Assembly: GCA_043228905.1 (NCBI GenBank)
Contig: JBHGNT010000011.1
Location: 1,984,001-2,048,000, forward strand
From: Azolla caroliniana
Taxonomy: Eukaryota; Plantae; Polypodiophyta
Reading direction: 5' to 3'
Length of the DNA stretch: 64,000 bases
Below, in pieces: positions 35,168 to 47,799 of this stretch. The stretch's first letter is position 1. Each line of letters begins with the position of its first letter. The position numbers and the translations under genes were made by a program. Under the pieces are notes generated by a model. It had not been told where the DNA came from. It did no database searches and saw only the letters and a program-made list of their open reading frames with translations.

Positions 35168-38100
35168 TCACCGTGATTTCCCTTCGCTGCTTCTGCTCCG
35201 AAAGGTTGAAAGGGAGAAGAAAGACCTAGGGGCTAAATATAGGAAAACAAAAATAAGCACCGAATCTAATTTTGAATCTCAAACCAGCATTAAATCAATT
35301 TTGGAATCTTAAACAAGCACTAAATCAATTTTGGAATCTCAAATGAGCACTAGATCAATCTTAGAATTTCAAAAAAGAATTGATCTAATCTTGGAATCTC
35401 CAACAGGCACTAAATCAATTGTGGTAGTATCTCAAAACAAGCATTGAAACACTTTTGGAATCTCAACCAAACATTGAAGGAATTTGGGAATCTCCAACAA
35501 GCATTGAATCAATTTGAATCACAAAATCATCCAACTGGAAATGCAGAATCAAGAAGATTATCAGAAAAGTTTGTGTACCTTTCAGGCGTGTACTGCCAGA
35601 TACATGATCATCTCTTAATTTGAAGTTGGAAGGGGGTATTGGAATAGAGCTCCGAAGTAGTGATTGTACTGTAGCAACAAAGACTGAGTTTAGGTTCTTG
35701 CAAGAGTTTTTGAGCCTGAGTTCTTGCAACAAGGTTCATTGACCAGACAACATATGCCTTTGTTTGCATGTCTGTTAAGATTTATAATGCTGAATGCAAA
35801 AGAAAATGAAATAGAAAAACACTGATTATCCTACATTAGAATTCTGAAACCTGTTAAAAATTGATCTTATACCAGAATTGCCAGGAATACAAAAGAAAAT
35901 AAAATTGAAAAACACTAACGGATAGGCCAAATTTGTGAAACTAAATACCAATTCTTTCACCTGATACTTGCTCTTCACTGCTGCTATGATCACTGAGCTC
36001 CTTCAATCTCCTATCCTGCATTTTGGATTTTAGGATATCATTTGCAGAGTGATTCCATGCCTTTCGGTCTTCAAAGTCATCATCACCTTCTGAAGTTGTC
36101 GATGCAGAAAGACAATCTGCAAGAATAATTTCAGGCGATGCACGACCTTTTCGAGCAAACTTCAAAAGCCGTTTCAGCCCCTTCGCTGGTTCTTTAGGTG
36201 GAACGACAACCACAACTGGTTTCTGCAAAGAGCTACCCCACTTCTTGTGTGTGCGAACACTATCAGTCTCACAAGCATATTGCAATTGCAATGAGTTCCA
36301 GGAAACCGGACTTGCAACAGGGGATTCTACCATTATAGTGCCAGATGCTGGGCATTTTACGGAAGAAGCATCCATTAGAGATGTTTGCTTTGATAACATC
36401 TGTTCATCATAAATAAGATTAGCATGAAAAGATGTTGAACCCGTGGCAGATATCTCCCTTTGTAATAATTGAGGTTTACTATCAGAAAGGTGCTTCGGTA
36501 AAACATTATTATTGGCTTCTCCTTCATGGAGACTTAAATCCATGTCAGATTTCGATATAGGAATAGTACTGCAGTCTGCTTCAGTTAGAGTCATTTCACC
36601 ACAAGCCTCTTGAGTAATTACATCATTTTGTATATAAGATGCTTCAGGGTTTGATGCACAATTTGATTTTAATCGTTCATGTGTTCTGACCCCTATAGGG
36701 AAAGATATTTTGTGGCCTGCCCTTTCATTCTCTAGAAAGGCTTCATCTTTTACAGGAGATATATCTACCAATTTCTCGTGTTCATACAGCATGGGTACAG
36801 AACACGAGCCATCATGTGAGTGATGCACTACGTCTGTGTCTGCATTTAACACTGTACCAGAATCAACTGCTATTTCCCTTTCTCCAGTTTCATCAACTAG
36901 ACACATTGCAAGATTCTGAGGTGTGACTCCATTTGCTACATCATCACTGTCATCTTTGTCACTGATCATTCTTTTACTTATTGGTACATCTTCATTAGAA
37001 TCCTTCATAGGTGTTGAAGGACCATCTTCATCAGAGCTTTTAGCTGTTGCTTCAATCATAGAAACGGCCTTCAGCTTCATTACACCAGCTCCAGCTCCAG
37101 GACCTATGCCAGATCCCTTCCGCAGAAATGGCTTCACTTCTTGGATGGGAGCAACAGCATTTCTTCTGACCTTGCTAGGAAGAGATGTCTCAGGTTTAAC
37201 CTCTTCCTGCTCATTTAGTGATAATGACAACTCTTCATTATCTGCTGGTAGAATCTTCAGCCCACTGGTCACAGAGCTACGTCTCATATGTGCCATCGAT
37301 CTATTCCTTCTTGCATTCCGATTCTTACAACTATTTGGGATGGGGATGCTATCACTAGATTCTAGAGGAGAAGATTTGTTTGTATCCCTAGAGACGTTAT
37401 CATTCTTTGGATGCATATGATCTAATCCAGATGACTTCCTAGAAGCTCGCTTAGTATTCTCCTTTTTCAAGTCTGACAAACAAGGAACCGAACAAGAAAG
37501 AGGGTTATTGCCAATACTAGAACCAGATGGTCGATAAGCTGAGGTTCTATCAATCACACCCCTGGGTGCAGGTCTGGGTGACACTGACTGTGTCTGTGTA
37601 TAACTATGCGGGGTTATAACCGGTTTCTGAGAAGTTAATGTGGTTTTCTTCACTTTGTAAAGTTTTGGAACCAGAGACTGTTGTTCATTAGCTGCTGGTG
37701 GAGTCAAGGGAGGGGAAGGAGGGCTGTTATCCAGTACACAATCTCTCACTTGAAGAGCTAATCCTGATTGTTTGCTATGCTCCTTACTTACATCTTCCTG
37801 TCAGCAGTGCACAAAACTCATGGCAGTTAGGGGGGGAAAACACCATTCAATCAACATAGTTGTGAAGTTATACCTCGGGATTAGGGATACTGCATAAGTT
37901 TTCCCGGAGAGCAAGTAGTTTGGCTGCACGGACTCGAGGGTTTTTACCTTCCTTTGATAGCTTCAATGTCCTAGCATTCATCTCTGATTTCCTTGAATCC
38001 AGAATCTCCTCCATTAATCTGAGCTTTGCTTCTCTTTCATCCCTTTTCGACTGATGTTCCTCCATCATCTTAGCATCTCTTAAATTCTGATAGTACTCAT

Positions 38101-41100
38101 AAAATCTCCCTTCATATCTATCACAAAGTACCTCATTTGGAATCGGATGGTCAATCATGCTAGCGAGAGCCTCCATGTTAAAGTCAGACAACGGCATGAT
38201 CTCTGAACTCCTCATAGATTCTCCTTTAACATTGGCACAGGCCTTGCTGTCTGTATTACCCTCTTCTTTGAGACAATTATGTGGGCCCTCTTGATCTGTA
38301 GACAGACTTCTTCCTGCTATAACGTTAAAGGTAGGAGGAGCTGATTTTCGTGATTCCAGAGAAATATTGCTCATAGTGCTGGACAGATCATGATTAACAT
38401 GTCCAGAATCCGAAAACTTGCTCCACATTTCAGAACCAGCTCCAGCACCAGCAGAATCTATGTCCACATGCACAAACTCTTGTGACCTCAGAAAATTTTT
38501 TGTATGTGACCTCTTTTTAGAAATATTTTCCATCAGGTCATGTGGTACTGCAAACTCCTGAGAGTCGAAACCTGGAGCAAAATTATGGATTGAGGATTCC
38601 TGAAAAACGTAAGGAACTATATTTGTTGACTTAAATTCATTGTCTAACAATACATTTGCCCGTTTATATTTACCCTTCAAGGATACATTCTGGTCACTGG
38701 TGATCGATTGAGCAATAACGTTTTCCAAAGCACTTCTCTTCTCATGACAGTTGTGTTCATCATTCAGCATAACAAAGTTGTTGGATGAATCCCTGCAGGT
38801 TTCTTGCCGCAGAGATTGCTGTCGTGTCAATGACTCAGATGGATCCTTACGTTTTCCTTCAAAAAGGTTGATAGCAGCCTGAACACTTAACCTTCTTGCA
38901 GGTAAAAGAGAAGCTCTGGTAGGTTCAGATTCCTCAGCATGATAATTCGTCTCACGTTCATCACCATCACTACTACTAAACTCCGTGCTGTTATTAGTCT
39001 CCTCAGCTCCTTCATGTGGAGAGAAATAATTAATACTACGCATTACTACCGAGCTGGACCGTCGGTTCCCGAATCTCCCAACCTGAATTTTCTTCAGAGG
39101 AGACATAGATCTCCTCCTCAGAGATGCTCTTTGAGGAAGACCTTTGCTCATGCTTCCCAACTTTACTGAACTGGTAGCAGAAAGATCATGTGATGATGGT
39201 TGTGAGATTGATCGTCTACTTGCCTCCTCTCCCTCATTTGCATTCCATAACTGATTAGACTGAAATGATGTTGTGAGCTTCACCGCCTCCATTGTCTTCA
39301 CATCAACACCTTGCGTCTTTCTTAAGAGCTCCAAGAACCATATACATGCTGCACTGCAATGCTCAACATGACAGAAATACAACAGACCATTTTCTCTATC
39401 TCTAATTGTCCCTGTACAGAGTATCACTTTATACAATACAAAACAATGCATAAGTTACAGAGTTACATGGCCATACCACAGCAGGATTCTCAATGGGCCA
39501 TCAAACAAATAGGAAACAAGGAAATGCTGTATAGAGCATGATCATTTTCTAAAGTCAGTGCTGCCTTAATTACACTCCATTCTATTGCAATTAATCTCAT
39601 TTTGTTTTCAATGCTCACAACCACTAACCAAGGTCCAATTTTTGTGACTGTCTGTCTGCATAATTCATTTGACACATTTAAGGGGCCATGTCACCAAATC
39701 AAATGTGTAGAAAGTTAATTTGCAATAATTACCTTAATAGCTACCACCAATAGTTTGACCTTGAGAATTAAATCATTTTCTTGAATCGTGTAAAGATCAT
39801 TGAAATTGCTTTTTAAACTATTGGAGCAAAAACCTATATGTTGTTTTCTTATAAATTTTCCAAAATTAATGAATTGACAGATGCAATGCCTGGCATCCCA
39901 TAATTGATTTTTATTCTTTAGAATCTGAAATTACAATGCTCAGAGATTCACTAAACGCCATTCAGGCACAAACTTTGCTGCTGAAAAACATGTTACTCAA
40001 AAATTACCTTAATCTCAAGACAATCACATGCTAGTCTTATCGCAATAATAAATGTCCCATAACACCAGGTCATATATGCATATAGTTGTCTCCTTTCTTA
40101 GCATTGTCTTTTAAATGGCAATGCTATTGTTTTTTCTCCTTGTGCTGAGCAAAAAACTTCGATGTTGGAAAGCTTTCTAAGAGCAAATTGATACTCGCCT
40201 CTTGTGGTGTGGAAAAATGCAATGAAAGACAAAAGATATATTAACGTCTTTAAGAGGCCAACATGCAGTGGTTGTGTATACAAAGAGAACCCACATTATG
40301 GAGTGCATGTTGTGCATAAGGATGTTGATACACATTATATGTGAATACAAATCAAAATAGGGATCTTCAAGGGCTATATATTGCAATTTGCCACTTTCCA
40401 CTTGCCTACTTGAGGTTCGCACCTCTCAGAGAATCACCATATCTATGAGTATATGATGATATCATTAACATTTGCTAGTATGGGGGATATAGTACGATTA
40501 GGGGACTTTGATGCACAAACTAAGGATGAAACAAACAACTATGTTTGACACAAGCAAGGCCATGTGTTGAGAAGTTATGGCAGAAGAAGTTTGTCATCAA
40601 CAAAGAACAATCAACTTTCTATAGCCCCATCAATCATGTTCATGTTATAAGTCAGTCAAGGGTTACACAAGGGGGATACCAAACAGGACATTGCAAAGGG
40701 TTTACAATAGATCAGGCAATAGCAATCTGTTGAACACATAGACCCCATCCTTGTGGATCATGAGCTCACCACCCTTGTCATCAATAGATAAAGACCATTA
40801 GATCCTGCCATTACAGGTGTTTCCGTTGCTTCAGATATCTATCTATTATGGATCGACATATGCTAGAGATCTATCAAGACAAACATTACAATCTAGGGCC
40901 AAGAAGAGACATAGTTGAAGGGTCAGTGGGAAATATGACTGGATGATTTGGCTATATGAACTGAGACCTCCAGATTGCTGTGGCCAAGCAAGATGAAAGT
41001 TATACTTCCCTGATCATCAGTCAGAATTTTCTTGGAGGTGTATCTTGAGCGATTTCTCGGATCACTAGAGAAGAGACTATGTGGATTTTCAAACACTCTG

Positions 41101-44095
41101 TGCTAGAACATTGTGGATTATGTCAACAACCGGATTAAGGTCATGACCATGACCACAGAGCTTTAGAAAACATAGAGCTTTTATTTTTATTTATGGGTGA
41201 CATGAATTACCCATATTTGTAAGCATGATTTGCCTCATAGACCTATTTTGGTATCTAGTAAACGTTAATATATCTTTCTTTCTACACTGCAGGTGCTTCC
41301 CTCACATCAGAGATCTTTCCATCTTGGCTTGGCCTATGTTGGGGATTTATCTAAGACAATAGTTTCAATATATCTAATTTAGGATCCAGTTCTTAGACAT
41401 ATACATTCTTTAGTACCATATGATTAGTTGTATTTCTTTATTTGGTTTCTTGTTTTCAAAGACGAGAACAAATTGTAAGATGTTGGTCTAATGGGCCATC
41501 TTGGCCTCTTAAAAGACGTTCACATAGCTTTGTCTCTCTGCACAGAGGTCCCCCTGCATGTGGGATAAGTCTCTTTTCCCATTCTGACACTCTTCCGCAT
41601 GTCAGGCAGAGCGCGAAGATAGAAATGGTGTCGCTAATAGAGATTATAAAGATGATGATTCTTTTCTCCTTCATTTTGACCCACTTCTAATTAGCATATC
41701 GTCCTAGGTTTTGTTGCAATGCCCACTGTGTGCTAAAAGCATAACAACAGCAAGTCAAAAATATACTTTATATTTCAAGTATTGATGCTTATTGAGAGCA
41801 TAGACAAATGGTAACTGCCAAAATTTAAGGAAATTTTGATAACTGACTCATGGTCATCAAAGCATAACAGGATTTCTTAAAAACAAATGACCTTGCATGC
41901 CCAGCATGATTTTCTTGACTTGAGCTTAGTAGGGCAGGAACACCATAAGTACACTTTATTCCTCATTCTTTCCAAGGACTTGCACGCAGAAAACATGTCT
42001 ACATAAATGTTACTTGCAAACTAAGAACAACAAAAACATGTAAATATAGTAATGCATAACTTTTACGTCAAGCATTCAAATATCACGTGTACATTACCTA
42101 TGTATGTACATCCAACACGTATAAATCCACATATACAATATAAATGCATATGTAGACGCCCCGATATAAATCTTATAATAGACATTGATCACAAATTCAG
42201 CAGAATAAATGTAAGCATTTACCAAAGACGATCAGCTCCAAAAAACTCTGCAAAAGACATCAGATCTTCCACTATAAGAGGTTCGAATCCAGCTTTCACA
42301 GCTCGAGAAATAGCCATGTTCTGTTCTTGTTGCAATGCATGTATACGTATGTCCATTGCTCTTAATAGCTGCCTCCTACAAGGAGGAGATCAATATGGAT
42401 GAGAAATATTTACTAGTAGTGAATGCCAATAAAGGATCCGAGAAAAGCACACTTACTTTGATTGCTCCACATCATTTCTTATTGGATTGTATTGATTCCG
42501 TTCAAATGGATCCACAACCATAACATCTGGAAATTACCAAAAACTAGGTCTAACCACTCGTGAAATATAGTAAAAAAAAACATTATGAAATGCTGAGTTT
42601 TGATTCTTCAAATCATGAGGTAGACAAAGACATGCAATTACGAACTCCTTACTGCAACATAGAAGCTAAAGATAGATGAATGAGGAAATGCAAGTTATGT
42701 GAGAAGATTATAATTAGATTGAGTGTAAAGTGGGTTTGGGAGAAGTTTATTACTAAATTTAGCATGAGATGGGTATGTGAAGCATACCATCATTAGCGGT
42801 AAGATCAGCACCTACCAATGGATCCTCACTCTGTAAAACAATAGATTTAAAATGAGACTTAGCTAGCAAAATTAACGACATACGTATACATAATGCTACT
42901 AAGCTGGATGCGCAATGATCTCAAACAAGGGCATAGCCATCATATAGATGGTTGTGGACACTCGAAATTCATTGGCATAGCTGGAATTCTTGGACTTAAA
43001 CTACTGGGAAATTTATGATTGGGAAACCTAAATCTCCTTGTCAATAGTGAAATTTGTGGATGTAGGAAAGAACAACTATTGTGACAGATGTTATAAGCTA
43101 TTGGCTTGAATGTTATTTATTCCAACTATGTTGACCATTGGGAACATAATACTAATTCATAGGGGCAGTTGGGCAAACTTATGAGAAATTATTGTCATAG
43201 GTGAAATTATTGGATTTATGAGAAACAAACTTTTGCAAGACCATTTGCTGTTATTTTAATAAGCTATTCTAGCTTGGATGTTCCTTGTTCCAATTGTGTT
43301 GGAATTGGGGACCTAAACAATTATGAATAGGAACAGTTAGAATCTTTTGTATTTTATTTTCACGAATGAAATTTGATTGATTTGTGAAAGGTTAAAAACC
43401 TGTAACAAGCTACTGGCTTGGATATTCCTCACTTGCTCCAACTGAACCAGTTCATCCTTGATGATCTTCATGCGTTCCAAGACTTCAGGAGAGCTCACGA
43501 ACAAAACAAATCTAAATACAAAATTCCAAGCACTTTTTTGGGGTGAACAACTTTTTACACATACATACACACACTACAAACCATTGAGATAATACATTAA
43601 AACCCTTGAAAAGAAACCATGGAAAATGTATTCAATACTTAACCTATGTACAGTCATTTTGGTGAACCAAGGTCGTTGGGGTTCTTTACGAACTAACGGT
43701 CCATGGAGTCGAATGGCTGCCGTGTGTGAATTTCCGGCATATCGCTCGCGGACAGCTCTCACATGTGCCAGAAATGTGCTGAGGTGTCCTGAGGCTACCT
43801 TCTCTGTCACACCTCTCGAAGAGATGAAGAGATCACATGTGTTGCTACTACTACTACTACTGACATTACTGAAAAAGGAAACGAAATTGGGTTGAAAGGA
43901 AAACCGAAGTCTAAAGATCCACCTCAACAAATGAGGAAGACGAAACAACAACACGCAAAAGGTTAAAGATCTATCATCAACAAATGAAGAAGGAAACAGG
44001 AGAAGAAGAGGAAGAAAACAGAGAAGACATTACCTGGAGTTGGAAGAAGAGGAGATGTGGAACTCTATGTAATCGAGGGTTGAGCTCTGGTCCAT
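35168..44095 (-). CDS. COP1-interacting protein-related (CIP7-like) gene, 10 exons, ~1378 aa
   Basis: Exons 44095-44034, 43868-43644, 43511-43400, 42830-42788, 42526-42457, 42375-42223, 39353-37874, 37797-35961, 35668-35579, 35232-35168; all GT-AG with consistent phases, total 4137 nt. Family motifs: LDYIEFHIS..CDLFISS.G.TEKVASG, PWFTK.T..RFV.FVSSPEVLER, RRLSVQAAINLFE, GRFYEYY..LRDAK, KPFLRKGSGIGPG, KGLKRLLKF, APRSFFSLSTFRS. Confidence 0.9.
35255..35525. repeat. ~31-bp minisatellite (~8 units) in the last intron
   Basis: Unit approximately aagcactaaatcaattttggaatctcaaac. Confidence 0.85.
35961..37797 (-). CDS. exon 8 of the CIP7-like gene
   Basis: In frame with ORF 35941-37749; gacag acceptor and G|gtgaa donor. 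Confidence 0.88.
37874..39353 (-). CDS. exon 7 of the CIP7-like gene
   Basis: Inside ORF 37868-39451; cag acceptor at 39354 and GAG|gtata donor. Confidence 0.88.
40180..40520 (+). pseudogene. LINE endonuclease (APE) relic in intron 6
   Basis: GDIVRLGDFDAQTKDE resembles the APE GDFNAR motif; inverted partner agatatattaacgt/acgttaatatatct near 41262-41276. Confidence 0.45.
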
Positions 44096-44185
44096 GGATT
44101 CTTCTGCAGGGAGGGGAGGGGAGGAGACGAGGAAAAAACCTTAGGAACTATTAGCTCAGAGAAGACGAGGGAGACCCATGAAGGA

Positions 44186-44247
44186 GGAGAGAGAGAGAGA
44201 GAGAGAGAATTCATTCAGACATAGCTGACACCATGGAGTGAGGAGTT

Positions 44248-44326
<79 letters not shown>
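44186..44326. repeat. (GA)n and (GT)n microsatellites upstream of the CIP7-like ATG
   Basis: GA runs ~44186-44208 and ~44250-44286, GT run ~44287-44325. Confidence 0.95.
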
Positions 44327-44327
<1 letters not shown>

Positions 44328-47300
44328 CTCCATAGGAACCACCTCTTAGTAAGGGGCTCCCTTGCAATGGATGGGGTTCACATGCCAATCGCTTTTCACG
44401 TCCCGCAATGACCCGCACTGGGACAAAAAAAAAATTGTTTGCCAGGTCTCGACTTGGGACAGGCAAGGCAGGAGGCTACCACGCCTCTGAAATCCACCTG
44501 CAACCTCGGTAGCCTTCACTTCACAGATGTCAGATGAAGAAGATTGCACACCTCGATTGCAAGGTTGGACCTTCGTATGCTCGATGGATGTTTCCTCCTC
44601 CCTGCCTAGATGGGATCAACTCACGAATGTACAAAAGATGTGTCTGTGATGTCATCATGGCGACAAAGCATCCATACCATACTCTGTTTTATTGTCTTGG
44701 CGATAGAGAGGTAAGATCCATCAAAACTCGAGGACCTGATGCACATCGCGTACCGATCCAAAGCTTGGAATGCTTGTAGAAATGTGCGAGAGACAAATAA
44801 GAACAGAGAAGGGACTTGTAGTGGATTGAGTTCCATAAGCAAAAGGTTGAAGAGATTTGGAATGTGGCAATGCCCACTTGGGCTACTTGCTAATGATATA
44901 TTGATCACGACAAACATCAAAACGGGCTTTTATAAATGCACCCATAGTGGGGTGGAATAAGGACGCCAAGAACAACAAATTAGAATACTCGAACACATGC
45001 AAGGCATTAGGATGCCAACATACATTTGACACACCCAACAAGATATTCTCACATTCATGGCTATTTTATGTGAAAAGCAACATCACCCTCCTCACGCCTA
45101 GAGTAGTATCAACTATTGCATCCACCAACCTTGCACAACTCCTAGTTAGACATATAAATCTTTGATCAATAATGGAGCTTGATGAGGACTATCTAGAGTA
45201 GTATCCACTGTTGCATCCACCAACCTTGTACAACTTCTAGTTAGACATATCAACCCCCCTTCTTAGGCACATACACGTACTCTTTGCTTATGCGTAAGTG
45301 ACCATACTGACTACATTGCTTGCATGGTATAGCTTTTGCACCATCATAGAGATTCTCTAGTAACTCCTCGTGTTTTGGATCTCAATAGTTCATCTCTCTC
45401 CCTCAAACTCCTCCTCTGTGATCCCTTCTCTCTCTCTACATCATCCTCGTGATTCTTCGAATCATAGATGGAGGGAAAATGTTACTCTTCGTTTGAAATT
45501 GGGCATATTGTGCATTTGGGATCATATGCAAACGGAGGAGAGATTTAATGTTGACTTCTTGAGAAGCACATATTTGACACTTTCGGTGATACTAAGGCTT
45601 TTCTAAGGGGGGTAGAGGTAGCATCTCTAAGTCCACTTCAATAGATTTCAAAAATGTTCAAAAGGATTTTCTTATGGAGTTTCTTTAAGTTAAGATACAA
45701 AAGTCATGGATTCTTATACTTCCAAAGACCATATATCTTCCCATTGAGATCATGGATATGGAGAGGGTTGTGAACCACATGGTTAGGATTTTTAAAACAA
45801 TGACACGTCCACTTCATATAGTTGCATGGGAAGCATACAAAAGGTTCAACAAACACGGAAAAACATAACGAGGCATGGATGAATGCAAGAAATGAAGCAA
45901 CAATTTAGAAGACGGGATGTAATTATGTATCCACTTGCTTCATGATGCCTCGATAGATTTTTTAGTGAAATATGTATGTTTTGCTAAGTGAATGTCATAA
46001 ACGTGGGAGACATGCGGATGTTCATGTTTCCACACATATATCACATATGTTGCACCAAACTATAGAACCATAGACTACTTCTCCAATCAAGTAAACTACA
46101 CTCATCCACACCATTGGATTACATGCCTTTGTTTATAATTCCACCATTGCTTCCATACGAGTTTGCTCACACTCTCTTTGATGTTACATAGAGCATTAGA
46201 GTACTAACAAGAACGATGCATGTTTCCCCCTAAACAAGATAGCCCATGTAACTATTAAACTTTGTTGAGTATGTGAAGGAAGTGTGTCAAATGATGGGAT
46301 GTACTATTGGATTGATCAACATATGCGAAAACCAAATCTAGACATTTTATTAGCTCAAATTCATTTGTTGGTTCCTTTGACCTTCTTGGTCTAGAAAATG
46401 CATAGTTGAGACGATCCATTACGACGCCGAACTTTCCAAGTAAAAGTGTAAATGAGATATGACTCAATGAGACCAATGCAATCGTATATGAAACAAACAA
46501 ACTTTTGTTCCATATTTGAATTCATTCATTCACCTGAAATCAATTGCATTGACTAGACTACTTTACTAGAATGTAGACTAAATGCACTTCACTAGATGCC
46601 GCTCCAAAATGTTGGGATTGAATGCATGTCTTAGCTCTCTCTCATCGTTTCTTCATTACATTTGATTCACTTTTTCTTATCATCCGTGGTGTTGAAATCA
46701 ACCACAATCAAGCACGAATATTTTAAAGCACCATGCTTAGGATCGTGGGGTAGCTCAACCAAACACAACTCAAAATTAGAACTCCGAGAGGGCTCATGAG
46801 AGCCAAGTGCAATTGCACTCACTATCCTAATCACGAGTTCAAGGATGAGGAGCATTTCATGACACTATGGCATGGTGCATTCACAATAAGTTGATAATGC
46901 TTCCTACAATCAATTATGACATGCATCGATATCTTGTAAAGTCCCTAGTGAGCAACCCAGGATTGCTCACTACTTCAGCATAGGAGTGGTCTTCAAAATA
47001 CACATGAACCATGTGTGGCTACACCCTTTGCACTTGTAAACAAGATTGTCACGTAACCTTATTTTTGTGTTTCACAGGTCACGTTTTTAGCCTCCATTAG
47101 AAGATTAAGTTATCTTGATCACCACCATCCCTCTCTCTAATCAATATGAAAATATTCCACATTAGTCTAATAACCATATATTGTCCTTAATGATAATAAT
47201 AATCTCTCTCTCTCTTGGTAGAAGCACACTATTATATTAATTGTATGTAAAATCCACTTAGTTACAACACAATTGGAATATGCGTAATGCTTTCATCTTT

Positions 47301-47420
47301 GATAATTGTAATGCTTAAAGGTATTCTCATGTGGAATTTTTGGATGTTAGAGCATGTGGGGATCATTTCCTCAAATGCATATTCAGGTTCTCTCTCTCTC
47401 TCTCTGTCTCATAATTACCT

Positions 47421-47736
47421 TACCCTAGTGGTAAGTTGTTAGCGCTACAAGCATTGTGTTGTGGGTTCGAAACCCGACTTCCTCACCTCTCTATTATATA
47501 CTTCTTATATATCTCTTAATTCACTTCTTATATATCTCTTAATTCACTAGATGCCACTGTGGAATGTAGGGGTTGAACCCATGACCACCTGCTCTCCATT
47601 GGGCAACCTTACCAACTGAGCTCTCTCTCTCTCTCTCTCTACTTCTTATATATCTCTTAATTCACTAGATGCCACTGTGGAATGTAGGGGTTGAACCCAT
47701 GACCACCTGCTCTCCATTGGGCAACCTTACCAACTG

Positions 47737-47797
<61 letters not shown>
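47421..47797. other. cluster of three tRNA-derived (SINE-like) A/B-box cassettes including a 118-bp tandem duplication
   Basis: Plus strand: ctagtggtaag...gggttcgaaaccc (47421-47480); minus strand, twice: AGCTCAGTTGG...GGTTCAACCC (47533-47621, 47651-47740), each abutting (CT)n. Confidence 0.65.

Positions 47798-47799
<2 letters not shown>

Noticed and set aside
35255-35525. ~31-bp repeats of CRISPR-like length
   Set aside because: Head-to-tail without unique spacers; intronic minisatellite
44500-47040. Possible retroelement relics upstream of the CIP7-like gene
   Set aside because: Too degraded to assign domains or boundaries by eye
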